The notes beneath the pieces are model-generated. The model made no database searches. It was not told where the DNA came from and saw nothing but the letters and a program-made list of their open reading frames with translations. The translations under genes were made by a program, and so were the position numbers. Positions 24,336-36,169 of a stretch of DNA of 54,573 bases are shown one piece after another. The stretch is from Psammoneis japonica. Taxonomy: Eukaryota. Position 1 is the stretch's first letter. Every line of letters starts with the position of its first letter. The stretch covers positions 1 through 54,573 of the forward strand of contig QPGO01000324.1 in assembly GCA_008632985.1 (NCBI GenBank), in the 5' to 3' direction.

Positions 24336-25292
24336 TCAGCCAATGACGGACAAGAGTGGCCTAGATGTCATCAAGTATGGGTGTTGGACAGCAATCTGTT
24401 CAGAATTTCCGTCGCTTGAATATCGACTTGCCACAATTTCGTCGACTTCAAGTGGCATGAATTCTATCAAACGCCCCGAGTCAAAGTTCTGAATCTCGAT
24501 GGTCTCCGTTCGACCAGGCCCATCAACTACATCGATATTGCCAATTGCCTTATAGGTACCATTCGCTAAACATACCGAAATACGGTCCTGCACGGGTCTG
24601 CCTTCCATTCTCTTGACCCTCTCAATGGAGACATGCTGTCTTCCAGTATTACACATTGTCAAAATGTCCTTAACACATGCTCCAGAAATGACGAATCCGG
24701 CATCATCGTTAACGAATCCAGATTCGAGTGGAGGTTCTACTTCACCACCACCATCTTCTTCTCCTTCTTCACCACCAGCACCGCCACTGTCACCTTTACC
24801 ATCTTTGCCATCTGAGGTTAACAGACGGGTACTGTTGCCTTCCATCGGGATTTCCAAGGCCGGGAAACTGTGAACTTCCATCTGAGTCGAAAGGGCTTGT
24901 CCCGTTTTCGCATCGACGAGCTGTCCGTTGCTGGAGGTGGTGTCTTTGGCAAGTGTCGCGGCGGCAAAGGCTGTCCCCATGTTGGCGAGAGCCAGAATGA
25001 CGATAAAGACAGCGGCGGCGATGAGAAGTCGTTTCATATCCAGAATCTTCTTCTGCATCGTCGTTTGCTCTTTAAGTAACTCGTAGACCTTCTCATTGGA
25101 GATGTAGCCTAGGTCCTGAGAGTCCATTCGGCGCATGGCAAGTTCAGTGCTGTCGAGTTGGCCTCGTCCTTTAATGTCATACTTCTTGGAGACGCCAGAG
25201 AGGCGTTGCCTCATCCCTGAGCCGTCATCACCATCAGTGACGACTCCTTCCTCCACTTTGGCTATCGCCTCTGACTCCTCTTCTGGCGGCAT
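24336..25292 (-). CDS. Hypothetical single-pass membrane protein with two EF-hand-like loops
   Basis: Intact 318-aa ORF. YDIKGRGQLDSTE and MDSQDLGYISNEK precede a short coiled coil and the TM segment LLIAAAVFIVILALANMGTAFAAA. Confidence 0.75.
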   Translation of the reverse strand: MPPEEESEAIAKVEEGVVTDGDDGSGMRQRLSGVSKKYDIKGRGQLDSTELAMRRMDSQDLGYISNEKVYELLKEQTTMQKKILDMKRLLIAAAVFIVILALANMGTAFAAATLAKDTTSSNGQLVDAKTGQALSTQMEVHSFPALEIPMEGNSTRLLTSDGKDGKGDSGGAGGEEGEEDGGGEVEPPLESGFVNDDAGFVISGACVKDILTMCNTGRQHVSIERVKRMEGRPVQDRISVCLANGTYKAIGNIDVVDGPGRTETIEIQNFDSGRLIEFMPLEVDEIVASRYSSDGNSEQIAVQHPYLMTSRPLLSVIG

Positions 25293-25437
25293 TTTGACGA
25301 GTTATCTTTTTGTGTTGTTCGCACTGGACTCGTTGTTTGAGAAATGCTGTGATGCTGTGGCCTCCACGCGCCGATCTGTGCCTTTTTACGGGTTCACTGG
25401 GTTTCACGGTTCACTCTGGGTTCACTCCAAATATGTA

Positions 25438-26645
25438 TACTACAAATTGCTAAACACTTGTCACTCTTCGCACGCAAAGCGCGTTCGATCGCTCTGAAGA
25501 GGAAATTTTCCATTCGTTGGTCGTTTGTACCAGGCTACGTCGAATTCTACAGAAACTCCCTCCGACGTTTCACCCGCGCTTCTCGCAAAACAACACGCGA
25601 CAATGCGGGGAACACCGTCGGCAGTTTGCGACAACTTTCCCTCTCTAATAAAAGAATAGAAATGACAGTATTTGTTCATAGGAATTATTGACACCTTTAG
25701 CATAATGTTGATCGCAAGGAGTTGCAGGATACAGGACTGCTGCACAAGAACAGCACTGCAAAACAAGACGACAATGTTCAGCGTGGCAAACACAACTGCG
25801 CCGAAACTCAAACGCCTGTCAATGACAAGCATTCTATTTAATCATTCAACAATGCTACCTCCATTCCTAGATCTGTTACCTGTAAAGCTAAATTGAAATT
25901 TCTGCTGTCTTCTTCGCGTTGTGCCACTGAGAGCCGACAGCGAGTCGCTTGCTCTGCCGATGCAGAGAATGTTTTTGATGTTTGCATTGCATGCAACACA
26001 TTCAATGTCTCCATCAGTGACATACAACTCTTCCTTCTAGCATGTCTATCACGCACACTTTCGCTCAATGGACTGCGTTGCCCGGTTCAAGATCCCACTC
26101 ATGAGAGAGACGAGTTGAGCGCTCCGTTTCTCTCTTGCGCGAGCCATTTGTGGCCCTCTCATCACCTCGAACATCCACACTGCAACACCAAATGTTCAAC
26201 ATTCGAACGACATTCACCAGCTTCGGTTGATGAAAGATCAATTGAGCCTCGGTGCCACTGAACAAAAGCAAACACCACGCAACACGCCAGCTGGGATGTC
26301 AAAATGGCGCAGACAGAGAACAAACGTGAGTGAAAGCACCAACGGAAACAACACAAGCAACAAAGCTCTCTTTTGTTGCCATCAAGAGCGCACTGAAACA
26401 CGGGAGAGTTGTGAAAATTGGCAGAATCAATGACAATGGGCACCGCCATTGTCGGACACATCCTCGTGCTTCACCGCGTGTTGTTGGTGGTGGTCGGAGG
26501 GAGGAGTCGGAAAGCAGCAAGACTTTGCGCTGTAATTTTCTACGTGGCCTGGTACAAGCGAGCCAACGAAAGGAAATTTTCCTCTTCAGGGCGATCGAAG
26601 GCGCTTTACGCGCGAAAAGTGACAAGTGTTTAGCAATTTGTAGTA
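25438..26645. mobile_element. Non-autonomous TIR element (MITE-like, ~1.2 kb), TA-flanked
   Basis: Imperfect inverted repeats of about 112 bp: TA|CTACAAATTGCTAAACACTTGTCAC... (25438-~25552) and ...GTGACAAGTGTTTAGCAATTTGTAG|TA (~26530-26645). No convincing internal ORF. Confidence 0.85.
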
Positions 26646-27662
26646 TCCTCCGAATTTTGTGACGACGTGGTCGGTTCATTCGTTGCGCGGCGTATTCATG
26701 CTGTATTAATACGTGGGTGCACTTCAAGGTGACTTTTCAAAATGTCGCAGTCATAAATACTGTGATCGAAAATGACCAGCTTCGTCTGAACATTCAATGA
26801 TGCTGGATGCACGCATGCGTCTCTCTAGCTACCGGTACTTCTAGAGCTAGCTATAGCGTCTGTCACCACGACACCTCATGGCCATACCGGTAAGGACGGT
26901 GGTTCATTATTTTGCCGGTAAGAGAGACTCTCAGTTTCACAGTTAGTGCTCCGCCGTCCTCCTAGAAAAGAAAATCATCAGTTCGGCATTCGTTCGCAAG
27001 CGCTATGAGCAGGACGCGAGGAAAGTCTGACTGAAGGAAAGTGCATCGTCATTCTGTGTCAGACGAAGCCACTGATAAAAGAATCGTCTCGTCGCCAGGC
27101 CGTCCTGATCCCGTCCTCTGATACCATCTGTAGACCTGAAAGTGGCCGGGTTCATTACTGTATTTCAGGAACGATCCCGACTCAAGCATAAACATGGAAA
27201 GCAGTTGTGTGGTCACAGAATCGGATTACAATCGAGGCCTCGTTGGAGGACACGCAGTTTTCAACCCTGCGGGCTCGGGCAATCGAATAATGTTAATGTT
27301 TTTATGGTGCGAACCATCCCAGGTTCGCGAAGCGGCAACATTGACAGACTATTTGTGCTTTACACACGGCTCAAAAAGGAGATTCGCCCGTCTCTGATGT
27401 GTGACAAAACGAAAGATAGCAAAGTCTGTATCCAACAACGATGATTTATCGGCAAGAAACAACGTAATTGTTGGCTTGGGAGGCGATTGGCGGCAGCTTG
27501 CATTTTCCAATCAAAGCGCAGGCACGAGATAAGACGTCATCAAGTAGTGAGGTCTTCTAATGATTACTTCTAATGCTACAGCGGAATCGGGTGGTCAAGA
27601 CGAACATATCGGCGTCAGACAATCAGCAAGCCACCGTGTTCACACCTCCCAGTAACATATGT

Positions 27663-28187
27663 CTAATCGGAATTGTCGCAAGTATCAGGACAGGTGGCAC
27701 CGCGAATCTGCGCTTCGATGTTAAACTCTTCCGGGACACAGATCGTCTTGCTCCCTCCATCGCGACGCGGCATGACCAGTTCATGGCCAGAATAAAGGAA
27801 ATCACTATCTCGGTCGGTCTTCTCACAGGGGCATGTCATGCAGACCGTGTCGGGACAAGGGTCAACGCAGCATCCGCATTCGTCCGTTTCATAGCCGAGC
27901 ACTTGAGCACCATCATCGGTTTCAACACAAATCGTGCGGTTCCTGTCTTGGTTGAAGGGATGCTGGCGGCAGATACGGATGCCATTAGTCGAAACAACCT
28001 CGCCCGGCGTTCCTTTACTGCCGCGTTCACGAACGGTACACGAAACGGGGGCGCCGCATGTATACGAAAACGTGGATTCTTCGCGAGGACTGCCACCGGG
28101 ACCACGTAGGAGGCCACGTCCAGAGAAGTCGTCATTAGCATTAACGGCGGAGATGAGGGCAAAGGTGAAAAGGGAGGAGATCTTCAT
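27663..28187 (-). CDS. Secreted cysteine-rich protein, paralogue 1
   Basis: Signal peptide MKISSLFTFALISAVNA. Shares APVSC, GIRICRQHPF..RNRT.CV and LG(Y/F)ETDECGCC with the neighbouring gene. Confidence 0.85.
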   Translation of the reverse strand: MKISSLFTFALISAVNANDDFSGRGLLRGPGGSPREESTFSYTCGAPVSCTVRERGSKGTPGEVVSTNGIRICRQHPFNQDRNRTICVETDDGAQVLGYETDECGCCVDPCPDTVCMTCPCEKTDRDSDFLYSGHELVMPRRDGGSKTICVPEEFNIEAQIRGATCPDTCDNSD

Positions 28188-28839
28188 GTTGAAAGAGAGA
28201 TTTGGCTTGGAGCTGCGTCACAAGAATGGAAAGGAAAGGAGGTGAGAGCTGGGGCGACGTTGGAAATAATTGCAACTTGGGAACGGTTGATTACAAACCT
28301 TGTGCTGGTTTAGAATTGCAGAGAATCAAATTTGTGAGACAGTCTGTTGGCTTTGCCGCCGTTGAAAGTTTGAACACGAATGAACACCGAACGACCTTCC
28401 AGAACAGGGACAGACGAGTGAGTCACGAGAGGTCAATTCCCGTGCAAAGAAAGCAACCCGGAAATGGTCTCCGAAGGGTGTTCGAGAAGAAAAAGTGAGC
28501 ATTATCTTCTGGAAGCGTGTTCCAGAATGAGACAATGGAGCGCAATGTCGATTCTCTCTTTTTCGAAGAGAGACGATGCTGTCAAGATTGCTAGAAGCTC
28601 CACCGGGCTTAGAGGGACGACGACACTGAGACGACCAAGATGCGCAGATTGAAATGAAGTCCTGACTTTTGCTTTGTAATACGCGAGTACCGAGAAGACG
28701 GGGCTAATTGATTGTTCGGCAGTGGCTTATGAATACAGAGGTAGGTTCTCGTGTACATTGATTCGTTCTAATTTATTGCAGCCTAATGCATCATACTTTG
28801 TCTTCTGTTCTGTTGCCAGGATGGGGTACTTCGGAATTT

Positions 28840-29433
28840 TTAGTCAGAGCAATCAGTGACGCAGCTTCCACCATGGATCAAGGCATCAATGATAAACTCA
28901 TCGGCAACACACTTCGTCTCGTTACGAGATCTTCCACGCCTGCCGCGGCGACACGGCACGTTCATCTCGACCCCGTCGTAAAGGACAGTAGTACCATCAC
29001 GGGAGGTCTTGTCGCACCTGCACGTGTCGTCGCATACGTCAGCTTCGGTAGGACACTCACCGTCGCAGCACCCACATTCGTCCGTTTCAAAGCCGAGATA
29101 GGTGCTACTACCATCTTCGGTCGAAGTGGTTGGAACACACAAGGTGCGGTTTCTACCCTCCCTGAAGGGATGCTGACGGCAGATGCGAATGCCCCCGTTC
29201 AATTCCACCTCGCCTGGCATGCCACTCCCATACACTTTAAGATTGCACGACACCGGAGCTTCGCACGTTCGCTCCTCGGTCGGTGTATCGTGTGGAGCTT
29301 TACCAACATGACCGTGTCGTCCCCCCCTTCCACCCCGTCCCCCCCTGCCACCACCACGAAGGCCGCGATCGATAATGTCCTCTGCACGAGCAACCGTAAG
29401 GATGAAGGAAACGAGAAAGTAGGCGAGTTTCAT
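28840..29433 (-). CDS. Secreted cysteine-rich protein, paralogue 2
   Basis: ATG at 29433 (MKLAYFLVSFILTVARA signal peptide), an RG-rich stretch, then the same Cys scaffold as 27663-28187. Confidence 0.85.
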   Translation of the reverse strand: MKLAYFLVSFILTVARAEDIIDRGLRGGGRGGRGGRGGRHGHVGKAPHDTPTEERTCEAPVSCNLKVYGSGMPGEVELNGGIRICRQHPFREGRNRTLCVPTTSTEDGSSTYLGFETDECGCCDGECPTEADVCDDTCRCDKTSRDGTTVLYDGVEMNVPCRRGRRGRSRNETKCVADEFIIDALIHGGSCVTDCSD

Positions 29434-29892
29434 CTTGAGTGCTTCTGTTTCCGATTTGAGAATCGTTTTGCTTCTGTGATATTTTCGATTTTGTGAGAAG
29501 GTCGGAGGCAAAACTGAATCGGTGGTGGAAGGACATGCTGGAAGCTCGTTCCAATAATCGATAAGTCATTGATTTACTTAACCAAAATGACCTCAGACAT
29601 AAAAAGTCATTGTCAAAATGCGAATGCGTGGGGGCCAGAAGGCAACAAGAAGGGTCTTCCAGAAGCAGACTCCTTCGACTCCGACGTTGTGACACGCACC
29701 CATCCACGAGCCACCACACACGAGCAAGGTCACGCGAGAGCAGAGACAGCATTACAGTAGCATCTGGCATCTGCGAAGCCTCTTGTTGTATTGAGCGCTG
29801 CTGAGTTGTACAATCCCCAGTACCCTAAAACGCAACCATAAAAGAGAGCAAATTACATAGTACCTGACTACATACAAAGAGCATTGCAGATA

Positions 29893-31449
29893 ATGGCTTC
29901 TTCATATCCAGCCGTGGCAGGTACCGGTGGTGATCATCCGTTGCAGCCTGCCAACATGAATGATGTCATCGTGGCGGATACGTTTCCCTCTAAGGCGTTT
30001 CTCGTAATCGAATACTGCGACACAAATAATCCTGATGTGGCTTGCTGGAGTGAAGACGGATCAAATTTCATTGTGCATGATACGGTAGAGTTTGCGGCGA
30101 GCCATCTGCCTCGGTATTTCAAGCACTCTAATTTCCAATCATTCATTCGACAACTCAACTTATACGGCTTTCGCACTATCAAGCAAGCTGTACCACCCAA
30201 AGTAAATGGGCAGAATCCGGTGATGTTTCATCATGAATTCTTTCAAAAGGGCCGCGGAGATTTGCTGGAAAAGATCCAACGATCAAAGAAGGGTGACCGA
30301 CCAAAGAAATCAAAGAGTCGCAGAAAAATGGAGGAAGAAGAAAAGAAAGAAGAATACGCATCTTTCAACCAGAGGTTTGACATGATGCAAGAGCAGCTGG
30401 ATCAGCTCTCGACAAAAATGGATCTGCTTGTGACGTTGATGAACACTCTGATAACCAACTCGCAGACAGAAGTCTACGTGAGTCACGTTGGGACGAAACG
30501 CCACAGGGTGGATGATGTTTCGGGAAAGGCCACCATGTCCGTATCGGACTCGTCCACGACATCACAGAACAGCGTCCCGTCTCATGTTGGTAAAAGTCCT
30601 CGATACGTGGCTAACAACATGGGTGTGCTCGAGGAGTACAAAACCTTCGAAGGTGATGATGGCAGCGACATTGAAGTGGACTGTGCAGATTATGAACCGC
30701 AGAAGCACGATGAGAATTACGACGGGCAAGAAACGAAGGAGTTTCAAGAATTTGTGGAACAGATGCTTGAAGACAGTGAGGGTGTGGAAGAAGTCGCAAC
30801 TGGTGCTATGGATGTTGCTACCGACACCAGCGCGATGGCGAGCTCGAGAACTGTTACCGACCCTCTCAGAAACAAGACCGCGCCAGCCACAGCCGAAGGA
30901 ACTCATGTCATTCCTGAGGCAACGGTCTCTGCAAGTGCAGAAGCCGTAACTAGTTTCGATGAGGAAGCCGGTACGTATGAAGGTGATCTCCCCCTTACAA
31001 CTGCCGTAGAAGTAACGAATGCAGCAGTTCCTGAGCGAAAGCGTTGGAGTCGAACCAAAGTGTTTGTCGGTGTGTCGGTAATTTTGGTTCTGATTGCTTT
31101 CATAGTCTGGCCAGTTGTTGTTTTCACCAACAAAGACGACGACGGCAAGAAGAAGAAGAAGAACCCCCCACGACCGCCACCGCGCCCGATAGAACAACGT
31201 CCTGGATATAATCGAACAGGCGTGGAGCGTCCCCAAAATAATCGAACTGGCGTTGTTGATATTCTCCAGAATCGCACAAAGACGACAATTTTTGGAAGAG
31301 GCAACCAGAAAGGCGGAGTCACAAACCCGGGAAACCCGGCTCAACGCCCGTTACGAAGACCTGGTATGGCGTTGAAAAGCACAATAGGTGATGATTATTT
31401 TACGGTAAATTGGAAGGGAGAGGCGTACGGGTGCAAAAGCCTGTTCTAA
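29893..31449 (+). CDS. Heat-shock-factor (HSF) DNA-binding-domain protein with a C-terminal transmembrane helix
   Basis: WSEDGSNFIV..LPRYFKHSNFQSFIRQLNLYGFR..FHHEFFQKG is the HSF signature. A coiled coil follows, and later the TM segment VFVGVSVILVLIAFIVWPVVVF. One uninterrupted ORF. Confidence 0.92.
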   Translation: MASSYPAVAGTGGDHPLQPANMNDVIVADTFPSKAFLVIEYCDTNNPDVACWSEDGSNFIVHDTVEFAASHLPRYFKHSNFQSFIRQLNLYGFRTIKQAVPPKVNGQNPVMFHHEFFQKGRGDLLEKIQRSKKGDRPKKSKSRRKMEEEEKKEEYASFNQRFDMMQEQLDQLSTKMDLLVTLMNTLITNSQTEVYVSHVGTKRHRVDDVSGKATMSVSDSSTTSQNSVPSHVGKSPRYVANNMGVLEEYKTFEGDDGSDIEVDCADYEPQKHDENYDGQETKEFQEFVEQMLEDSEGVEEVATGAMDVATDTSAMASSRTVTDPLRNKTAPATAEGTHVIPEATVSASAEAVTSFDEEAGTYEGDLPLTTAVEVTNAAVPERKRWSRTKVFVGVSVILVLIAFIVWPVVVFTNKDDDGKKKKKNPPRPPPRPIEQRPGYNRTGVERPQNNRTGVVDILQNRTKTTIFGRGNQKGGVTNPGNPAQRPLRRPGMALKSTIGDDYFTVNWKGEAYGCKSLF

Positions 31450-32027
31450 TGGGCTGCCTGCCACAATCAAGCATTTGGGTGGTAGGAGGCGGCAACCTGG
31501 AGTGTCGTAATTATACTACATTGAATACATCATGTGAATGCAACACCACAATGGGAAAGACGTAGTCGAGCCTATGCTGACTGTCTTTGAATCATCATTG
31601 TTGTGAGGACCAGTCAACACAAGGCGGAACCAGTGTTAGCGAGAGCATGGGGAAATACGATAGTTATCAATTCATTCTACCATGCGCTACAAAACATAGA
31701 GCGAGCTATGTATTGTTCCTAACTGAATCATCTAGCTAGTAGAGAGTAGAGACTATCATTGTCATCACCATCAAACGGATGCCTTCTATTCTCAGCCTGT
31801 GGGTACTTCTATCTTACGGTAGGCCGATAAATACCGTACCATACAGTGTACGGTATGCTGTAAGAAATGCGCGCGGAGAGCGCGGAGCGCGCGGAAGACA
31901 ACACCCGGAGTTTGGAACTTCAACAAGCAACAGATCGAGATAAAAAAGATCCACACTGCTTGCACTGCTCACAAGCAATGCACAAACAACGCATCATCAT
32001 TGCGTTGTCAACGGTAGGAAGACGAAG

Positions 32028-32989
32028 ATGAGGGTGCTTACAATAGGATTCTTGTTATCATGCATAGACGAAACGCGCGGTTTTTGTTTTCTGAGTCATC
32101 AATCATGTGTCATTCATCGCGCATGCACTGTTGAGATGTCGGCAGAGGCAGGAGGCAGCGAGAAGAAAGTTGGCGCGACAGATAACAAGGCCATGGCATT
32201 TTTGCGGAAAAAGGGAAGGGTTGGGGGAACCTCTAGTCAAGATTTTATCAATTCTGTGGGCGTTGACGAAGGACCTGCTGGAAAGACTACCGCTGGAGGT
32301 GGTGGTATGAAGTCAGTAAGGAAAGCCAGAAGTGCGTATGTGGAATGCACAAAGAGTGGCGTCATTGATGACTTGAGCGAAACATTCCCCTTCAAGAGCT
32401 CAGGAACAGAATGGACTGGGTATACAGATCGTGTAATGGGCGGAATGTCGTCTGGTAGTATTTCTCGTGAAATGGTAGAGGATCGAATGGCCAACGTGCT
32501 GCGGGGTAAAGTTTCGCTGGCAAACAACGGCGGATTTGTTCAAATGGCAACAGATCTTGCCCTAGATCCAGCAGTGGGTGTCGTTGATGCTTCTGCATTT
32601 GATGGAATTGAACTAGACGTTTTCTATCAGGGAGAAACGAACGAAAATGAAAGATTTAATGTCCAGTGAGATTCCTCTTTGAGTCGCTAGTTACCTTTTG
32701 TGGGTCAAATCATGTCGGGGCTAACTGTTGTTCGCTGTTTCTATATTTTAGCATAAAAACTCCGGCTTGCCAGAGACAATTCTCCTCTTACAGAGCTACA
32801 TTCGAAGCACCCAATGGATCTTGGAAAACAGTTCGGCTACCCTGGAGTGAATTTATAGGCAAAGGACCTGGGGCAGAGGAATCTCCCTTTGACCCTTCCG
32901 CTCTTCGTCGACTGGGTGTTGTGGCTATTGGCAAGGAAATGGATGTCTTTCTCGCCGTATCTGGCATTCGATTCTACAGCGTCTTTTGA
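32028..32989 (+). CDS. CIA30/NDUFAF1-domain protein, possibly plastid-targeted; intron 32666-32751
   Basis: W..YTDRVMGGMSSG, LRGKVSLANNGGFVQM, YRATF..WKTVRLPWSEF. Removing the GT..AG intron restores NVHIKT. Confidence 0.88.
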
Positions 32990-33119
32990 GACTCTCGCTT
33001 TGACACACAGCTCCATCGCGTGTTAAAATAAAAAAAGACCGAAAACAATTATAATGCTATGTACTAAACGTACTGATGACTCTTCCACCTAGAAACGTCT
33101 CTACCGTATGAGATTCATT

Positions 33120-36100
33120 TTAGTTGCCATCTTCTGGTTCATAGTCCGGATTGTCCTTTAGGATGACAACACCCTCCAATACACTGCTTACACTGAGCAC
33201 TTCTTCTGTACCCAACTCTGCCCGTTCCTTAGAGCCAAGCAGGACAGGAGTCGTGTGTGTCTGGAAACCCGTGATTCGCTTGGGCTTTCCGGCTTGACCA
33301 ACCGTTTCGACAGCTTGGCCCACTCGAACCGTCACGGGTCTCCATGACATGTCCTCGTTGACTGTAATGAGCATTCTCGGATTCATCGCACAAGTCAGGT
33401 AGTAGAGAAGGTAGTGACTCTTGTCCAGAAGTGTATTCTTGAGATCCAAGCATGAATGCAGCAGGACAAGCATTGCACCAAGCGCAGGCCCGTTCGTAAG
33501 CAGTCCATCTGAATGAATCGGGTTGAGGGTCATAAGACCTTTGCCCATGTGCAGAAGCCCCTGCGCGATCCTGACGCAAAACATGTGACCAGCCTCTTTA
33601 CTGTAAAATTCGCCAAGCTGCCTCAACAAACCGGCAACACGAGAATTATTGGTACCAGCACTGACAACTCCTAACCCCATGATTGCATTCTGGGATATCT
33701 CATTGTCTGGATCGTGCGAAAGCCTCGATAGCTGGTCAATCACACTAAAGTCCGGATCCGAAATGTGTAGAACGGCGAGCGCAAGAGGCACAGCACGCTT
33801 GATAGGCGGCTCACAGTAGTGTAGCAGGTGATCAAACGCCCTAAGTGCCATTTCTGCGCCGACGTCTTCGCCGAGAGTGATCAGACCAATACCAATTACT
33901 GCGGCCATCTGGTGTTCGGCATCCTCCGTCAAGTGTTCTGCACACTGATGAAGCATTTCCTGCACCTTTAGCACGTTTCCACTTCCTGCGTATGCGCATG
34001 TTTCGAGCACGATAATGGCATACTTTGAAATCTTGTGCTCGACTGTCCGTAAAGCCTCAATCATTGCGTCGGCTTTCTCCATTTGACCAAGGTAAAGCAA
34101 CCCCAAGCCGAGGCAAAGGTATCGTGCATGAGAGTGGTTCAACTCCTCGTCGGTTGCCTCCATAAGCCTCTGAATTAGAACGCTTCCGTCGGCGTCATCA
34201 CACCTGCCGACGTAGACCATTCCTAGTGCCAATCCAGCGAGCGACACTTCAGTCATTTTCGTCGGGCCACCTCCATCCGACTCAATGACGGGGACAAGAA
34301 GATCCGCGACATCCTCTCTTGCGCTACCCGCGTACGCGATACCAAGCCCAGTGCAAGCGGCGCACTTCATAATGTGAACATCACCTTCAACGTGTTCAGA
34401 AAGGAGTGCTAGAGCAGGATCAGCGTCATTTCGGACTCCGCTGCTCAGTATTCCAACAGCAAGTGCTGCTCCGGCCTTGACGTAGTCCTCGTTCGAGTAC
34501 AAGAACTTATCAATCTGCGTGAGACCTTCGTCGACATTCCATAGGAGAATTGTTCCCAACGAAGCCGCGGCAGACATCATACCGTGATCTTTGTTCTTGT
34601 AAAGCCACTCATTGTCTGGTGTCATGAGCTATAATCCGAGAATGAATCGAACGTGTAAAGTGAGCGACTCGCATTATTCTGTAGCACGAAGCTGCGACAC
34701 AAAGCAAAACATGTCCATACCTTATCTTGTCCAAACCCAGCATTCACAAACGCATTTACAAATGTACTTGCAAGATTGGCCCTCGCCGAGTCCACTTGAG
34801 CACCGCCTGTCTCTCGTCGGCGACTAAAACCACCCGTTTCGGCAAGATGAGACTTGTAGATATCCTCAGGTGTCTTGGCGTCCACGACATCCAAATCTTG
34901 AGCCAGCTTGAGAAACTGCTCACTCAACTTTCGTTTCCAATGAGCTCATTGTATTCATCATCGTCGTCTTGACCTTCCACTTCAAAGTTAACTCGCTCTC
35001 TGCCCAAAAGCAGACACATTTGCTTCTTCATGAGCACGTCGTCACAGGAGGTGATAAGATCCCCAATGAGATTGTGCTTTCCCATGCGTAAGGCGAGGCG
35101 GAGAGCATCAAAATACTGATTCTGGGCTCGAAAGATTCCGTACGCGGTCTCGAGCATTTCCTACGAGGATTAGACAAGAAGAAAACAGAGTTAGAGCATC
35201 ACATATCAAGAAAGCGCATTGAATCCAGTGTCAATACCGACTTACGGACAAATCATCCGGATCCGACATGAAATCTGCAGTCTTGATGAGATACAAGCAA
35301 ATTCGTCCGTAATTGTTCTCGTCGATCGTATCCAACTTGAGTAAATTCTTGAGTCGCTGTACCTCAATCAACAAGTCCACAGCCTCGGCTTCGGCATTGT
35401 GATTCACGTGAAAGGGCACAATCACGTCCACCATGCCCAGCAAATCGGCAAAGGGCTCATCCGTGTCAGGATCGGCTCCATCCAAGACGCGGGCATTGTA
35501 CTCCTTGCCAATTTCTCCGGCTAGACTGCGAACAAATTCGTGACCCCACGAACCTAGATTATCCTCGGCGTGTTTGGATGGGGCGCCGCTCTTTTCCAGA
35601 GCCTCATAGTCCTTCATACCGGCAAGCTTGAATTTGAGACTCTCGCGTTCGTCTGTGTTCATATTATGAATGGAATTTGCCGATTACATTATTGAGCAAA
35701 GTTTAACCGAACAATCAGAGCACCACAATTTACCTCTATACGTCTAAAAGCGCAACTTACCTGGCTTTCCCAGAGTCATTGCAAGCACAGACAGGACATC
35801 CGAGAGTCGCGCACGAAATTCTAGCGTATCCTTGTCTGTCGCAGTCTTTAATGAAGTATGAACCTGTTTAAGACCATCAAAATGAGGCCTAAGGAACTTG
35901 AGAGGCTTGGGTACCGACGTCATACTGGATGTAGCGGTCCTTAGCTCATTCACAATCACGTCGAGGGCCTTGTTTCGAATCGGGATCGATGCATCCTTGG
36001 CTTTGTTTTCGACGGTAGACACGCAGGTCTCGAGGCGGTCCTTGAGTTCCTGATCTTCTTCCGAGAGCGTGTCTTCCTTGACGATATCATCGCTCTTTCC

Positions 36101-36169
36101 GTCCTTTTTCTTTTTCTCAGAGTCCTTTTTAGTCTCTGCCGTCAGATCGACAGCATCTTTGGGTGGCAT
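33120..36169 (-). CDS. RPN1: 26S proteasome regulatory subunit RPN1/PSMD2 (exons ~36169-35761, 35652-35246, 35160-34721, 34628-33120; apparent 1-nt deletion near 34930)
   Basis: [103 protein letters not shown]. Confidence 0.97.

Noticed and set aside
27573..29496. Plus-strand ORFs 27573-28109 and 28786-29496 that resemble each other
   Set aside because: Antisense shadows of the two Cys-rich paralogues.
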